The position numbers and the translations under genes are program-made. A model generated the notes under the pieces. The model saw only the letters and a list, made by a program, of their open reading frames with translations. It was not told the DNA's origin and made no database searches. Of a DNA stretch of 64,000 nt, positions 34,337 to 45,288 are shown piece by piece (position 1 is the first letter of the stretch; each line of letters begins with the position of its first letter). The DNA lies in the NCBI GenBank assembly GCA_000004985.1, contig GG738862.1; one strand, written 5' to 3'. The DNA comes from Naegleria gruberi (taxonomy: Eukaryota).

Positions 34337-34760
34337 GTTGAATTTAACAATTCCAATTAATCATATTTGAGATTTCCAGTTGAGTGGATCATTGCCTCAT
34401 TCTCATTCTTATTTCTATCATAATCCTGTTCAATCTCGAATTGCCAGGGAGCAATTCAAAAACGAGATGTGTCATCTTGAATATGTTCATAGTTCACAAA
34501 ATGAACTAGTGAAATTTTCATTAGTTCACAATTTAAGCTTTGAGAAAAACTTGCAGTCCTTAACTTATATTTGCCAAGTTCCCACTTCTTTGAACCTGTA
34601 AAATAGTTATTCAAATTTCCTCTCAAGTAAATCCCACTCACCATAACTGGAGGCTTTACAAAATTGACATGTCGTATCCCTATTCGTCAAGTTCAAACAC
34701 AATGAAAACTGAACGTTTAAAAAACCTACTCAACCATAGTGAACTGAGCTCTAAAACAAA

Positions 34761-36899
34761 ATGTCTCCACATACTATCAAACACACTCTTGTGTTAGTTT
34801 TCTTCCACTTGATCGTGCTTGCATGTGCTATCAATGCGCTTCCTTCATCTTATCGATACTATGCCTATGACGAAGTTAATGTAAACATGTCAGTTGCTTT
34901 CGTTAATAATTACATGTCAGCAATAATTTGGAAGGATGTTAGCAGGTCGAATAATATTACATCTATGGAGGATGTAGAGCATGTAATGAAGAAACAGAAT
35001 TCATTGAAAATAGTATTTATTTCATCCGAAACTAAACTAAACAAATTGTGGACCGGTGTGAGTAACAGCTTCTACAAGTCAAATATTGTGAAAATTTACA
35101 GTATTGAGAAGGGATCATGTTTTAGATATCATGTTCTCGAAGACTTTGATATTATTCTTGCTAATAGAAACTTATTCTTGGAAAGGTTTAGAATATTCAA
35201 GAAATCAACTGGTAACAGAAAGCCATCTAATCAAGCAATTCAAACAAGCGACTTTGAGTTTATTGACCTATATCCCTATACAGTTGCACAACTGAACGCA
35301 AGTAATTCTGATTTAAATTTGACACTTTCGAATGTGAAACCAACATGTGATGGTTTAATGCAGAGTTTTGAATATGAGCCAAGTTTATTTAATGCTTATT
35401 CAATAGTTCATTCAGATAGCCTTATTAGAAGCAGTGATCTTGCATTCCTAAGAAAGTGGAATAATTTCGAAATCAAACAACTCAACAAGTACAATCAACA
35501 AATTATCCTAAATGATATTTACCTTTCGTATTACTTTAATTCAACAACTAATCAAACCGATTTTGAGTCTCAACTTCTCCCTTCCACATGTTCAGTGTGC
35601 ATGAGTGATTTTTGTGGATATGATTTGGAATTTTCACAAGTTGACTATTGGAATATTCCACAAGCAATAATTGTGCTTTCCTATTTAATTCTCTTGATAT
35701 TTTCTGGGGTATATACTCAACCTTCTATCAAAAGAAGAATGGCGATTCCGTTTCTTCCAATTGTACTTCTCTATTTTCAATTTGCACTTTCAGATAGTTT
35801 GGAACTAATGTGTTCGAATGTTCTAGTTACCATTATTGGATTACTATTGACTTTTGTACTATTAAGCCAAATAGCAACCTATTCCAGACTCTATTATTTG
35901 AGAAATTTGTATAATCTATTTTCAAAATCAAAGCAAGTCAACGCTCGATTAAGTGGAACAATTCCAGGATTAATTTTGACCGTAGTAATTCCATTTTTCC
36001 TCTCATTCATCTTTGCTTTACCTTATAGCTCAGTTACTTTGGATGTTTCTCAACCTAAAAAGTTAATATTTAACATTGCACTTGCCTGTTACATTGGAAT
36101 TTGTTGTATTATTGGACTTGTTGTAATATCAATTGATGGAATAATCAACCGTAAAAGGTGGAGAGAAAAGGGAATTGCCTACATGCTCTTTTTCGATGAT
36201 CCATTCCTAGTTCGAATCGATATGATGTTACTTTCACTTTGTTTGATTTTAATCATCTTGATTGGAACTGTTGGATCACTGAACAGACATCTTTCGTATT
36301 TCCTTAGAACTATGATATTTTTATTTTGTTGTTTCATATCTGGAGGACAATGTATTGTGAAATATTCTATTGATAGATTGACCAGTTGGAAGAATGAAAG
36401 TAATGAATCAGTATTTGCTACCAAATTTGAGGAATATATGAAACATGACGATTTCAAAAAGATTATGAGAGAATATACTGTGAAAGAACTTTCATTGGAA
36501 AATTACAATTTCTTCCTCGTTTTGCAAGATTTGAAAACGAAATCGAATAGAGCACTCACATTGCAACAAATGATTGATGTGGAAAAGGAGTATTTATCAC
36601 CAGTTGGATCTTTCGAATTGAATGTTTCGTCAAACACCAAAAAATCATTTCACACTTTAAAGAAAACTGTTACGGAGAGTTCATCATCAACACTGGATAC
36701 AGCATCTACTTCGACAACTTCCATTGAATTAGATTCCACTAGTTCGAAAGCTACAATCAAAATTCAAGATTTGGTCACTGTATTCGAATATGAAGTTTTG
36801 GCAAATTTACATGACACATTTTCTAGATTGGAAAAGACAAATGAATTTACTACATGGTTGCAAGTTTACACTATTCAAAAACAAAATAACATTATTTAA
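34761..36899 (+). CDS. Signal peptide, large Cys-containing ectodomain, 7TM and C-terminal RGS domain receptor
   Basis: N-terminal signal, about 280-aa ectodomain, seven hydrophobic helices, RGS box MREYTVKELSLENYNFFLVLQDLK... Paralogue of 27411.. and 60862.. Confidence 0.7.
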   Translation: MSPHTIKHTLVLVFFHLIVLACAINALPSSYRYYAYDEVNVNMSVAFVNNYMSAIIWKDVSRSNNITSMEDVEHVMKKQNSLKIVFISSETKLNKLWTGVSNSFYKSNIVKIYSIEKGSCFRYHVLEDFDIILANRNLFLERFRIFKKSTGNRKPSNQAIQTSDFEFIDLYPYTVAQLNASNSDLNLTLSNVKPTCDGLMQSFEYEPSLFNAYSIVHSDSLIRSSDLAFLRKWNNFEIKQLNKYNQQIILNDIYLSYYFNSTTNQTDFESQLLPSTCSVCMSDFCGYDLEFSQVDYWNIPQAIIVLSYLILLIFSGVYTQPSIKRRMAIPFLPIVLLYFQFALSDSLELMCSNVLVTIIGLLLTFVLLSQIATYSRLYYLRNLYNLFSKSKQVNARLSGTIPGLILTVVIPFFLSFIFALPYSSVTLDVSQPKKLIFNIALACYIGICCIIGLVVISIDGIINRKRWREKGIAYMLFFDDPFLVRIDMMLLSLCLILIILIGTVGSLNRHLSYFLRTMIFLFCCFISGGQCIVKYSIDRLTSWKNESNESVFATKFEEYMKHDDFKKIMREYTVKELSLENYNFFLVLQDLKTKSNRALTLQQMIDVEKEYLSPVGSFELNVSSNTKKSFHTLKKTVTESSSSTLDTASTSTTSIELDSTSSKATIKIQDLVTVFEYEVLANLHDTFSRLEKTNEFTTWLQVYTIQKQNNII

Positions 36900-37213
36900 T
36901 CAATCCAATTTAATAAATCAAGCACTTCTGACCGTGCAGCCCCACCATCGACGTCCAATATTTTGGATTCATATTTGTTGGATGTGTAGAGCATGATGCG
37001 GATGCAAGATCGAAGAGAGCAGGAATAAAGGTGGCTGTTTTTGAGTATTTGTGTGGTCATTGTCTAGATCAATAAAAATTGTATTGTTCAGTAAGCCAAG
37101 AAAAAATGTCAAGGATGTCTGATTATGAAATGCTGACTACATTCTTCAATCTGAAATTGTATCAGATCCAAACCTTAGAAAATTATACCAATTTGTATCA
37201 TGTATTAATGTAT

Positions 37214-37243
37214 AAAATTGGAAAACTTTGATCAGTAATTTAT
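37214..37243 (+). repeat. 30-bp dispersed repeat, copy 2 (intergenic)
   Basis: Exact copy of 34307..34336. Confidence 0.6.
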
Positions 37244-37299
37244 TTTTACTGACCTACTCGTAAAATTATTTTTGACCTAAATATTAGTTTTTACTAGAT

Positions 37300-38436
37300 T
37301 TATCTTCTTTCATTTCTAGAGAGTCTTCTGGCAGATCTTCTTGGAGCTCTTCTGTATCTTCTATTTCTCTTATTTGGGAATCTTCTACCGAATCTTTGTC
37401 TTCTAGCTTGTCTTCTGGATGGTCTTCTACCGAATCTTCTTTGTCTTCTAGCTGGTCTTTGTCTTCTGGCTGGTCTTCTAGATTGTCTTCTTGGTCTTCT
37501 GGCTGGTCTTTGTCTTCTGACTGGAGCTCTTCTTCTTGGGGCAACTCTTCTTCTTGGAGCTCTTCTTGGGGCTCTTCTAACAGATCTTCTCTTTGGAGCA
37601 GCACACTTTCTCTTTACAACTCTCTTCTTTGGGGCAGCACACTTTCTGACCTTTCTCTTTGGGGCAGCACACTTTCTCTTTGGAGCTCTTCTCTTTGGAG
37701 CAGCACACTTTCTGACCTTTCTCTTGACAATTCTCTTCTTTGGAGCACATCTTCTTCTTCTGACGATCTTTCTCTTTGGAGCTCTTCTTCTCTTTGGAGC
37801 AGCACATCTTCTTCTTCTGACGATCTTTCTCTTTGGAGCAGCACACTTTCTCTTAACAACTCTCTTCTTTGGAGCAGCACACTTTCTCTTGTTGTTTCTT
37901 CTGATGGCCTTGGTGACCTTCTTTGATTTCTTTGATGAAGCAGACTTCTTAGCAGCAGCTTTAATCTTTCTGGCAAGAGCTCTGATATTCTTTCTGTAAA
38001 TCTTTCTCAAGATAGCTCTGATCAATCTGACACCAGTAGCAAAATTAGTAGATGTCTTTAAATCAGCAATGTAAGTCTTTAAATCTTCAGCCTTTCCGTC
38101 CTTCTTCAATTGAGCAAGATGCTTTGAAACAGCAACCATCTTATTCATAATAATAGTAGCTTCTTCCAAATTGAATTTATCTTGTTCAGAGTTTCTTTTA
38201 ATCAATCCAAGTTCCTTCAATTGCTTCAACATGCCTCTCAAAAATTGAACCTTTGACTTTTGGTTCTTTCCTTCAACAGCGTTGAGTGTAGCATTAACAA
38301 CTTGCACAATATTTTGAATAGTCTTTGGTTGAGTAGCCAAGGCTGGAGTTGTTGTTGGTGTTGCGGTTTGTGCAAAGACGCTAACAGCAATACTCAACAA
38401 GGCAATTAAAAAGGCGATCAAGAGTGTCTTGTTCAT
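37300..38436 (-). CDS. Secreted protein with signal peptide, helical N-domain and arginine/lysine-rich tandem-repeat tail (KCAAPKRKxVRR units, then RRxxRRP repeats)
   Basis: MNKTLLIAFLIALLSIAVSVFAQ signal. The tail is more than 60% K/R with at least 8 Cys-containing repeat units. The underlying DNA is a tandem repeat. Confidence 0.7.
   Translation of the reverse strand: MNKTLLIAFLIALLSIAVSVFAQTATPTTTPALATQPKTIQNIVQVVNATLNAVEGKNQKSKVQFLRGMLKQLKELGLIKRNSEQDKFNLEEATIIMNKMVAVSKHLAQLKKDGKAEDLKTYIADLKTSTNFATGVRLIRAILRKIYRKNIRALARKIKAAAKKSASSKKSKKVTKAIRRNNKRKCAAPKKRVVKRKCAAPKRKIVRRRRCAAPKRRRAPKRKIVRRRRCAPKKRIVKRKVRKCAAPKRRAPKRKCAAPKRKVRKCAAPKKRVVKRKCAAPKRRSVRRAPRRAPRRRVAPRRRAPVRRQRPARRPRRQSRRPARRQRPARRQRRFGRRPSRRQARRQRFGRRFPNKRNRRYRRAPRRSARRLSRNERR
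37580..37900 (+). repeat. Imperfect tandem DNA repeat (about 24-48 bp units, CTTTGGAGCAGCACACTTTCTC...) encoding the polybasic repeats of the minus-strand gene
   Basis: Motif recurs at least 8 times. Produces multiple spurious antisense ORFs in the track. Confidence 0.6.
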
Positions 38437-40192
38437 CGTTCTCGTGTTTTTTGTTTTTTTTTGGATGATTTTTTGAATTGCTGTGTGGAAGATGATGAGA
38501 AATAGATTTGGAGAGATTATAATTTTTCAGAGGAGGAATTATAATGGACTATTGACAGTTGAAGGGTGGTTATTGTATGAACAGAGGTTGGATTAGCATG
38601 ATTATTAAGATGATGATAATTAATGAAATATTTGGTTTTGGATTATGTAATCATGATTCGAATACTTTGTTAGAATCTAATAAAATCAATGTAAAGTACT
38701 GGTTAAATTAGATTACAATTTATCTAATGTAAAATGGAGAGTGGAACTTGTTAAAACTATTTTAAATTGTTACACTGAATAGATCTTGTTCTCAAATTCA
38801 GAAGAGCAGCTTCAATTCATTACAATAAAGATTAATCAACAATTTTTTCAAACTGTGACAAAAATCAATTAGTTCTCAAAAAGTGTTAGCTTTAAAGATG
38901 TCACAGTTCATAAGATGACACTGAATCCAATTAGAGAGATGTGCAACTTGTCATTAGCCGAATATATTGTTTTTTTTTGTAATGATAATACATTTTGTCA
39001 TTTGTGCTGGGTGAGTGCATTGATGATAGAACTGGAAAATCGTACAAGATTTCAATTTTATTCGAAATAAATCTCAATTTTCTTTTTTTATTTACAAATT
39101 AGGATAATTTAAAAGTGATTCAATATTTCGGTGTAATTTACATCTTTTTCGATTTGGTAATCTTCTTATTTGATTGTTTAGCTCTCTTTTCAATTGAATT
39201 TTTAGAAGATCTTTTCACTGAAATTTGTTTACCATTTAAATTTGCATGATGATAATCAATATTATTACGATGTCTTGTTCCACTTATAATATTAGATGTG
39301 TCAATATCAAATAATGGTAATCTTTTAGATAAATCAATTGGTTTAGATCTTGTCCAGACTGTTTTTGTTGGAATTCTATCTTCGGAAGATGAAGAAGTAT
39401 TTGATGAAGTATTTGATGATAGGAAAATTAATGCAAATCAACAAAAGAAAATAACAAAATGGTCTCAACAAGAAGAAATATGTATAATTCCTCCAATAAT
39501 ACTTCACAATTTAATTCCGAAATTTCTCTGGATAATATTGTTGGTGGTACAAGAAAAAGAAATTTAATTGATTTCCAAACATTGAATTCTATTGGAAATG
39601 AAACAAGCAAAACTTCCAAATCTCAATCAAATAATACTTTAGAAATGAGAAACAAACAATTCAAAAAGTGGTAGTCTCCCCAACTCGACATTTTGAACCC
39701 CTAGGCATTCATTGTAAATAAAACCAAAATAATAACAAAGAGTTGAAAATCAAATGTTCCAGTATTTGCAGAATCTGATGTGTTCACTATCAGCTTGTTT
39801 CATTTTGTGAAGAACATATGATGGTGCTTTGAATAGCTCCAATGCAACCTGTGAATCTTCACCTTCATAATAATTGACAAAAATTGCTAATCTTAAATGA
39901 TTACATTCATCACCTGAAAGACACAAAACAATATGTGCAAGGCAAAGTGTTTTTCCATAACTTCTCTTAGTAAAAAATACAATTGTTAAATGTTAAAAGC
40001 TGATTGAAAATCATAAAATTCAATTTGAAAATCAACAATAATATCAATAATTCTACAATAAGTGTCTACTCTTTTTTTGAATAATTGTATTTATATCATC
40101 TCCAGTATTTGATCGAATTCTTCATGATAACAATCTGTACAAACCTTTGTAAATAAAATAAGTTTAATTAGAACTGACAAGCAAAATAAAAA

Positions 40193-40852
40193 ATGATCAA
40201 ACAACAACCAAACACAATACCCAATAGAAAGATCAGCGAATTGCCCGATGAAATGCTAATGGAGATTTTTGAATTTGCCTCTGTTGACACTGTAAATGTT
40301 TTCAATTATTCGAAAGTTTGTTCCAAGTGGAGATGTCTCTTGCATAGTTCAACTCCTATCAATGCACAAGCATTAATATTTAAAAGAATTAGATTGGCAT
40401 TTCCTCCCCGATTTAAAAACATTAATTCAAAACAAATCCAAGAAACCATCAAGGCAAAACCCAACATTCAGTCCTTGAACGATTATTTCATTCTATTGAA
40501 AAAGATTACTGAAAAACGATTGAACCAAACGACCATTGAAAATATCAAAAAGTGGAGTAGAATATTCGAAAGTAAGGCCTTTTATTTCAATTATCAAGTG
40601 TATGGACTTGTGTTTCGATTCTATTTGGCAATGGTTTCGTTTTATGTGGCAATGTTTCTTGACGAAAATCAAAGAACTTATAAGAGTGGATTATGGTGGT
40701 TTCCATTCCTATCGTGTTTCATATTCCTTCTTGATGAGATTGTGAAAATTCCATATCAAATCCTCTCCATTATTTCCAATTATTGGTTTGGTGAATTTTT
40801 GTTCAGAGGGTTTCATTTGATATCAAACCAATTTCTATGGCTCCAATCCTAA
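40193..40852 (+). CDS. F-box-like N-terminus followed by TM helices
   Basis: ISELPDEMLMEIFEFASVD...CSKWRCLL F-box motif. Hydrophobic helices follow. The ORF overlaps the start of the next ORF by 16 nt. Confidence 0.45.
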   Translation: MIKQQPNTIPNRKISELPDEMLMEIFEFASVDTVNVFNYSKVCSKWRCLLHSSTPINAQALIFKRIRLAFPPRFKNINSKQIQETIKAKPNIQSLNDYFILLKKITEKRLNQTTIENIKKWSRIFESKAFYFNYQVYGLVFRFYLAMVSFYVAMFLDENQRTYKSGLWWFPFLSCFIFLLDEIVKIPYQILSIISNYWFGEFLFRGFHLISNQFLWLQS

Positions 40853-41337
40853 TGAACATTCTCTACAGTATTGGAATTGATAATTATTTTACCTTTCTAT
40901 TTTCATTTAGAAGTGTCATAGTGTTAGTTTATTCAGTCCTCCTGTGGTTTCTGGCAACAATTACCACAAGGGAACACGAGGAAGATCCATGGAAGGCGGT
41001 CAATTCTGGATATTTTCTAATAGTTATTACGTTGATCCTTCTTGCAAGATTTAGACAAGATTCACATGTTTGGTCTCTTATATGGCTACTCGTGTGCTGT
41101 ACAATTGTTTATCTCATTTATGCTCTGTTAAATATTAGGAATGGGTGGGAGAGCTCAAGGGGTTGGATTGAGAATTTGTTTGGAAATTTGGAGGATAGAA
41201 GTGAATTGATGGATTGGTTGGCACTGACCTCTCTCTACTGTTTGGCCATGAATTGGTTTCACATGGTGTGGATCTATTTGTTCATTGAGACCACTCTAGC
41301 ATTCAGGGAATATTTCAGGATCAATAAACTCGAATAA
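40837..41337 (+). CDS. Multi-pass membrane protein (possibly the frameshifted continuation of 40193..40852)
   Basis: Has its own ATG but overlaps the upstream ORF. Four or five hydrophobic helices. Confidence 0.4.
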   Translation: MAPILMNILYSIGIDNYFTFLFSFRSVIVLVYSVLLWFLATITTREHEEDPWKAVNSGYFLIVITLILLARFRQDSHVWSLIWLLVCCTIVYLIYALLNIRNGWESSRGWIENLFGNLEDRSELMDWLALTSLYCLAMNWFHMVWIYLFIETTLAFREYFRINKLE

Positions 41338-41375
41338 TCTTTTACAATCTTTGAAAATTCACAAATTCAACCAAG

Positions 41376-42953
41376 TTAGTGAAAATGACATTTCTTTGCG
41401 AATTGTTTGAATTCATTTCTCAATTTCTTGTTTTTGATTAAGCCCAAAGGACATCCATTTAATAAAGCCAATTTTATCAGTTCAATATCATCTTTTAAGG
41501 TTTCATCAATAAATTTAAATGCTTGTCCATTTTGTTCAATTGCTAATTTAAGTAAATTAACATCTGTTTTTAATTCATCACTGGCATATTGTAATGCTGT
41601 TCCTTTGTTTTTAATACATTCAATTACAATTTCTTTATCATTTTTAAATTCATCGGTTAATAAACTTAAATATAATCCATTTGTTTTAATTATTAACATT
41701 ATTAGATTTTTATCATTTTGTAATTTACTATTAATGGATTTGTAATTAAATGGTGATCTTTCTAATGCTTTTGTTACAATTTCAATATCACCTCGCAATT
41801 CAATATCTATATAGGGAAATATTTTTGCATTTATATCCAATAATTCCAAAATTAAGCTTCTGTTTGATTTTATTGAACTGTCAACAAAATAAAATGTTGA
41901 TTCGCAAATTGAAATTGCTATTTTAATAATTTCAACATTATTTAAAAAGTTAGAATTTTTAAAATTTAGTGGATTTTTTTTTAAAGCTTCCTTCACAATT
42001 TCCATATCCAGTAATAATTCATGAGGTAGATATGTGAATGTATCAGCGTTTAAATTAGATTTTACATATAAAAATGCATATTCTTTAATATTTTTAAAAT
42101 TATCATTTAAATATAAATAATTTAATCCATTTAATTTCATTGCGTATTTAATAAAATCTGAATTATCAATATATTTTAAACAAGATTTGTCATAATTGAA
42201 ACTATTATTTAAAATTTCCAAATCATTTTTAAGGATATTGTCGCATAATTTTAAAGTTAAATTTGAACATTTACTTGATGATATAATTACATCCCTATCA
42301 CTATACAATTTAGAATTAAAATATTTTAATGAAATATGATTCATGGTCAATAAACACATTTCTTTATCATTTCTAATTTCATCAGAAAATAAATTAAAAA
42401 TACAAATTTGATTATGATAATCCTGTGTGTATGAATAAAATCTAGTTTTATAATTATCTTTACGTTTGGAAAATAATAATTTAATAAATGTCTTACTTGC
42501 GAATAAATCATTATTGTTTTTTAAAATAATATTTACAATTTCCGATGACGAACTATTCAGTAATAATTTTAAGGATAAATTAAAATCATTATTAAAATAT
42601 GGTAGTAATGTTAAAATAATTTCATTGATATTAATACATTGAATTAATAATTGTTTATCTCGTTTTACATCCAATTCATTATTTTTCAATTTTGATTTGA
42701 TTAAGTCATATATTCTAGCTGTATTTATAGCCTGATCATTATATTGTCTTTTGAATATAGTTGTATTATTAATATTAGTAATTTCATTTAATAATTCTTT
42801 TTGAATATTTTTACAAAGACTTTTTAATTTGTATTCCAATTTAATAGATGAATAATTACAATCTAATTGGCATGTAACCGCTTGTTCTGAGCAATCATCA
42901 CGTAACAATTTATTATTTTGATCAATATCATTCCGTAAAATTGATTGCAGCAT
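41376..42953 (-). CDS. DUF4116-type repeat protein
   Basis: Repeats of form DxEIVxxALxxNPLNFKxxNxxLxND... alternate with (K)NGLxLxYL. Similar to the 56984..58840 protein. Confidence 0.65.
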   Translation of the reverse strand: MLQSILRNDIDQNNKLLRDDCSEQAVTCQLDCNYSSIKLEYKLKSLCKNIQKELLNEITNINNTTIFKRQYNDQAINTARIYDLIKSKLKNNELDVKRDKQLLIQCININEIILTLLPYFNNDFNLSLKLLLNSSSSEIVNIILKNNNDLFASKTFIKLLFSKRKDNYKTRFYSYTQDYHNQICIFNLFSDEIRNDKEMCLLTMNHISLKYFNSKLYSDRDVIISSSKCSNLTLKLCDNILKNDLEILNNSFNYDKSCLKYIDNSDFIKYAMKLNGLNYLYLNDNFKNIKEYAFLYVKSNLNADTFTYLPHELLLDMEIVKEALKKNPLNFKNSNFLNNVEIIKIAISICESTFYFVDSSIKSNRSLILELLDINAKIFPYIDIELRGDIEIVTKALERSPFNYKSINSKLQNDKNLIMLIIKTNGLYLSLLTDEFKNDKEIVIECIKNKGTALQYASDELKTDVNLLKLAIEQNGQAFKFIDETLKDDIELIKLALLNGCPLGLIKNKKLRNEFKQFAKKCHFH

Positions 42954-43605
42954 TTTTATTTAAGGTTTAATGTTGGTAGTGTGTCGGAATAATTGTATTA
43001 GACTATATCAAACCAATAATTTATATTCCTAAAGAATTCATTGTAGAGAAAGCAGAAAAAGATCCTTGAAAATCCACCTTATGATGAATCCGTTAAAAGA
43101 GGAAGGGAAGGAGTAGGCCTGAATGGATATTGCTTTTTTACACTGGATAATGTACAACAACGCACCAATTCCACACCTCGGTAATCATTTCCCTCGAATT
43201 CCCATTATTTTCTGTTATACAACTACCACTGAGCTTCACTTAGGGTACTCAATCCAAATTATTAACTTTATGGTTTTCCAGACTATTGCCCCATTCAGTA
43301 AATGATGAACTATTTTCAATCTCCTCTTAATGTTCTCTCTGTCCTTCATGAACAAGTTATTAAGGTTAATCCATCCAGAAACACTATTAAAGAACATATT
43401 CACACAGACAAATCAGTTTCTATTAAAGAATAATAAGTCAAAGAAACAAGAGCAGAATTTACAAAGAACAGGATAATTTATAATCCAATTTGTTGAATAT
43501 TAAAAGGTTTAAGTAACGCTTGGAAATATTATTGATAGCTCTATAAACCAATAATGTTAAACTGTTGGAAATGGGAATTCTTGAACTTTACAATTTCATA
43601 TAAAT

Positions 43606-44646
43606 TTAACGAACTTTATTTTGGTGTTGCTTGCTAGCATGCCCAAGAGCAAGAAAAGTACCACCTATCAAACAACCAGCTAATAACAGTAGCGGCACAT
43701 TCCTTCGGTTTGAAACTTGTTTTGTAATTCCACAATTTTTTCGATTTGGAACATCTTTGATCGGTGTCTTCTTTCTTGATTGACTAGATGAATGTTGTTG
43801 AATAGTAGTACTATTGGATTGAGTTGGCCTTGAATTGTTTACATATTGTTGAATAGTAGTACTATCGGATTGACTATAATTCCTTAATTCCAATAACATT
43901 CCAATTTCTTCAATACTGAACCTTTTTAAGGGATCTTCCAAAATCATTCCTTGAATCAAATCGAGTAGCTTACGATTCTTAATTCCACAATTTTCAACCC
44001 TTCTCAATAAAGACGAGGCACTTTCATTTGTATATTTCAAGAATTCTTCACCCAAAACGAAATGAATAACTGTTCTTCCCAATGAATAAATATCAACTTT
44101 TTTTGCCTGCTCAAATCCAATTTTACGATCACGTTGTAATTCTGGCGCCATGAAAGCTCGTGTTCCTGCAGTGCTGACTTGACAAGTTGACAATTCACTC
44201 TTTGCTAAACCAAAATCACATAGAACTAATTGGAAACCTGGTCCATCTCTCACTAGAATATTATCCAATTTTACATCTCTGTGGATTAGGAACAGTGTTT
44301 TTAATTTATCCAAGGCACTGTGCATCTGTTTGATCAATTCCCAAACTGCTCTCTCATCAATTGTGTTGAATCTTTTTCTGTATTGGCGCAAATTTTCACC
44401 AACAAATTCACAACACAAATAGGAGTAATTACCAAGATGAAAATGACGAGCTGTAAAGTATTTTAATAGATTTGGATGATTAAATTCTCTCCAACCTTCC
44501 TTTTCATATTTATTGTCTACAACTTTAACAGCAAGCTTTTTATTTTGATGATCTTGAACTGAATAAACCTGTCCGAAAGCTCCTTGGCCAATTAAATTGA
44601 CTTTGGCACCTTTAAAGTGAGAAGAAATAATTTCTTGATGAGACAT
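43606..44646 (-). CDS. Ser/Thr protein kinase with C-terminal TM tail anchor
   Basis: Motifs GQGAFGQV, AVK, HRDVKLDNIL, DFGLAK and APE present. A direct-repeat segment (STTIQQ x2) precedes the hydrophobic C-terminus LLLLAGCLIGGTFLALG. Confidence 0.8.
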   Translation of the reverse strand: MSHQEIISSHFKGAKVNLIGQGAFGQVYSVQDHQNKKLAVKVVDNKYEKEGWREFNHPNLLKYFTARHFHLGNYSYLCCEFVGENLRQYRKRFNTIDERAVWELIKQMHSALDKLKTLFLIHRDVKLDNILVRDGPGFQLVLCDFGLAKSELSTCQVSTAGTRAFMAPELQRDRKIGFEQAKKVDIYSLGRTVIHFVLGEEFLKYTNESASSLLRRVENCGIKNRKLLDLIQGMILEDPLKRFSIEEIGMLLELRNYSQSDSTTIQQYVNNSRPTQSNSTTIQQHSSSQSRKKTPIKDVPNRKNCGITKQVSNRRNVPLLLLAGCLIGGTFLALGHASKQHQNKVR

Positions 44647-45288
44647 TTGTTTTTTGAATTTGTTGAAAAATTCTGTGATTTTCTGTGATTATTTTTATTG
44701 CCTGGCAAATTTTCCACTAATTCTGTGATTCGGAAATATGAACTTGTTTCCAGTGATAACAAGAAGATGAATAATCCAACCCGTCCAAATTTTGTAAACC
44801 TATACAATCATTGTAAATAAAACGAATCTCTAATACTAAATATCCTTTTGAGGTTGAAGTAACAAATTTGCCTAGTCGATCTACACGTTTTCCGGGTTTA
44901 CAACATAAATACTATGAATATAAAAAAATAACACCAATGACTAACATTACTAACACTAATATCACATGTATAATGAATCCGAATCCAATTAAATCAATGA
45001 CTCAAATAATTTAGAAATTGAGTTTTTCTGATTTTTCTCAAAAGTCAGATTGAAGAATCACTATAATCCACACAGCCAGATTCTTTCGATTTGCTCTAAA
45101 AGTACAAACAAGATTGTTGAACACATGTTTATTTTAAGCAGTCTGTAATTTCAAGTCGACTAGGCAAATTGGACTGCTGCCCCTTTTGAAGATGTAATCA
45201 CCAATAGTTCTTCCATCTTCCAATTATTCTTAATCATGAATTAAACATTGCAAAATAAGCAAAAAACATGTTTGAATTCGTGCATACA

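Noticed and set aside
37396-37999. Plus-strand ORFs (37396..37926, 37724..37999) and minus-frame ORFs (37577..37846, 37614..37976) of Ser/Leu/Trp or Glu/Arg repeats
   Set aside because: They are alternative-frame or antisense read-throughs of the tandem repeat that encodes the polybasic tail of the 37300..38436 gene. They have no start context and no independent features.
39130-39960. Several short ORFs of unclear strand (39298..39567+, 39459..39674+, a minus-strand ORF ending near 39135, and a minus-strand fragment ..GDECNHLRLAIFVNYYEGEDSQVALELFKAPSYVLHKMKQ.. near 39790..39950)
   Set aside because: I could not build a consistent exon model or recognise a family. This is likely one or two small genes, but it is too uncertain to annotate.
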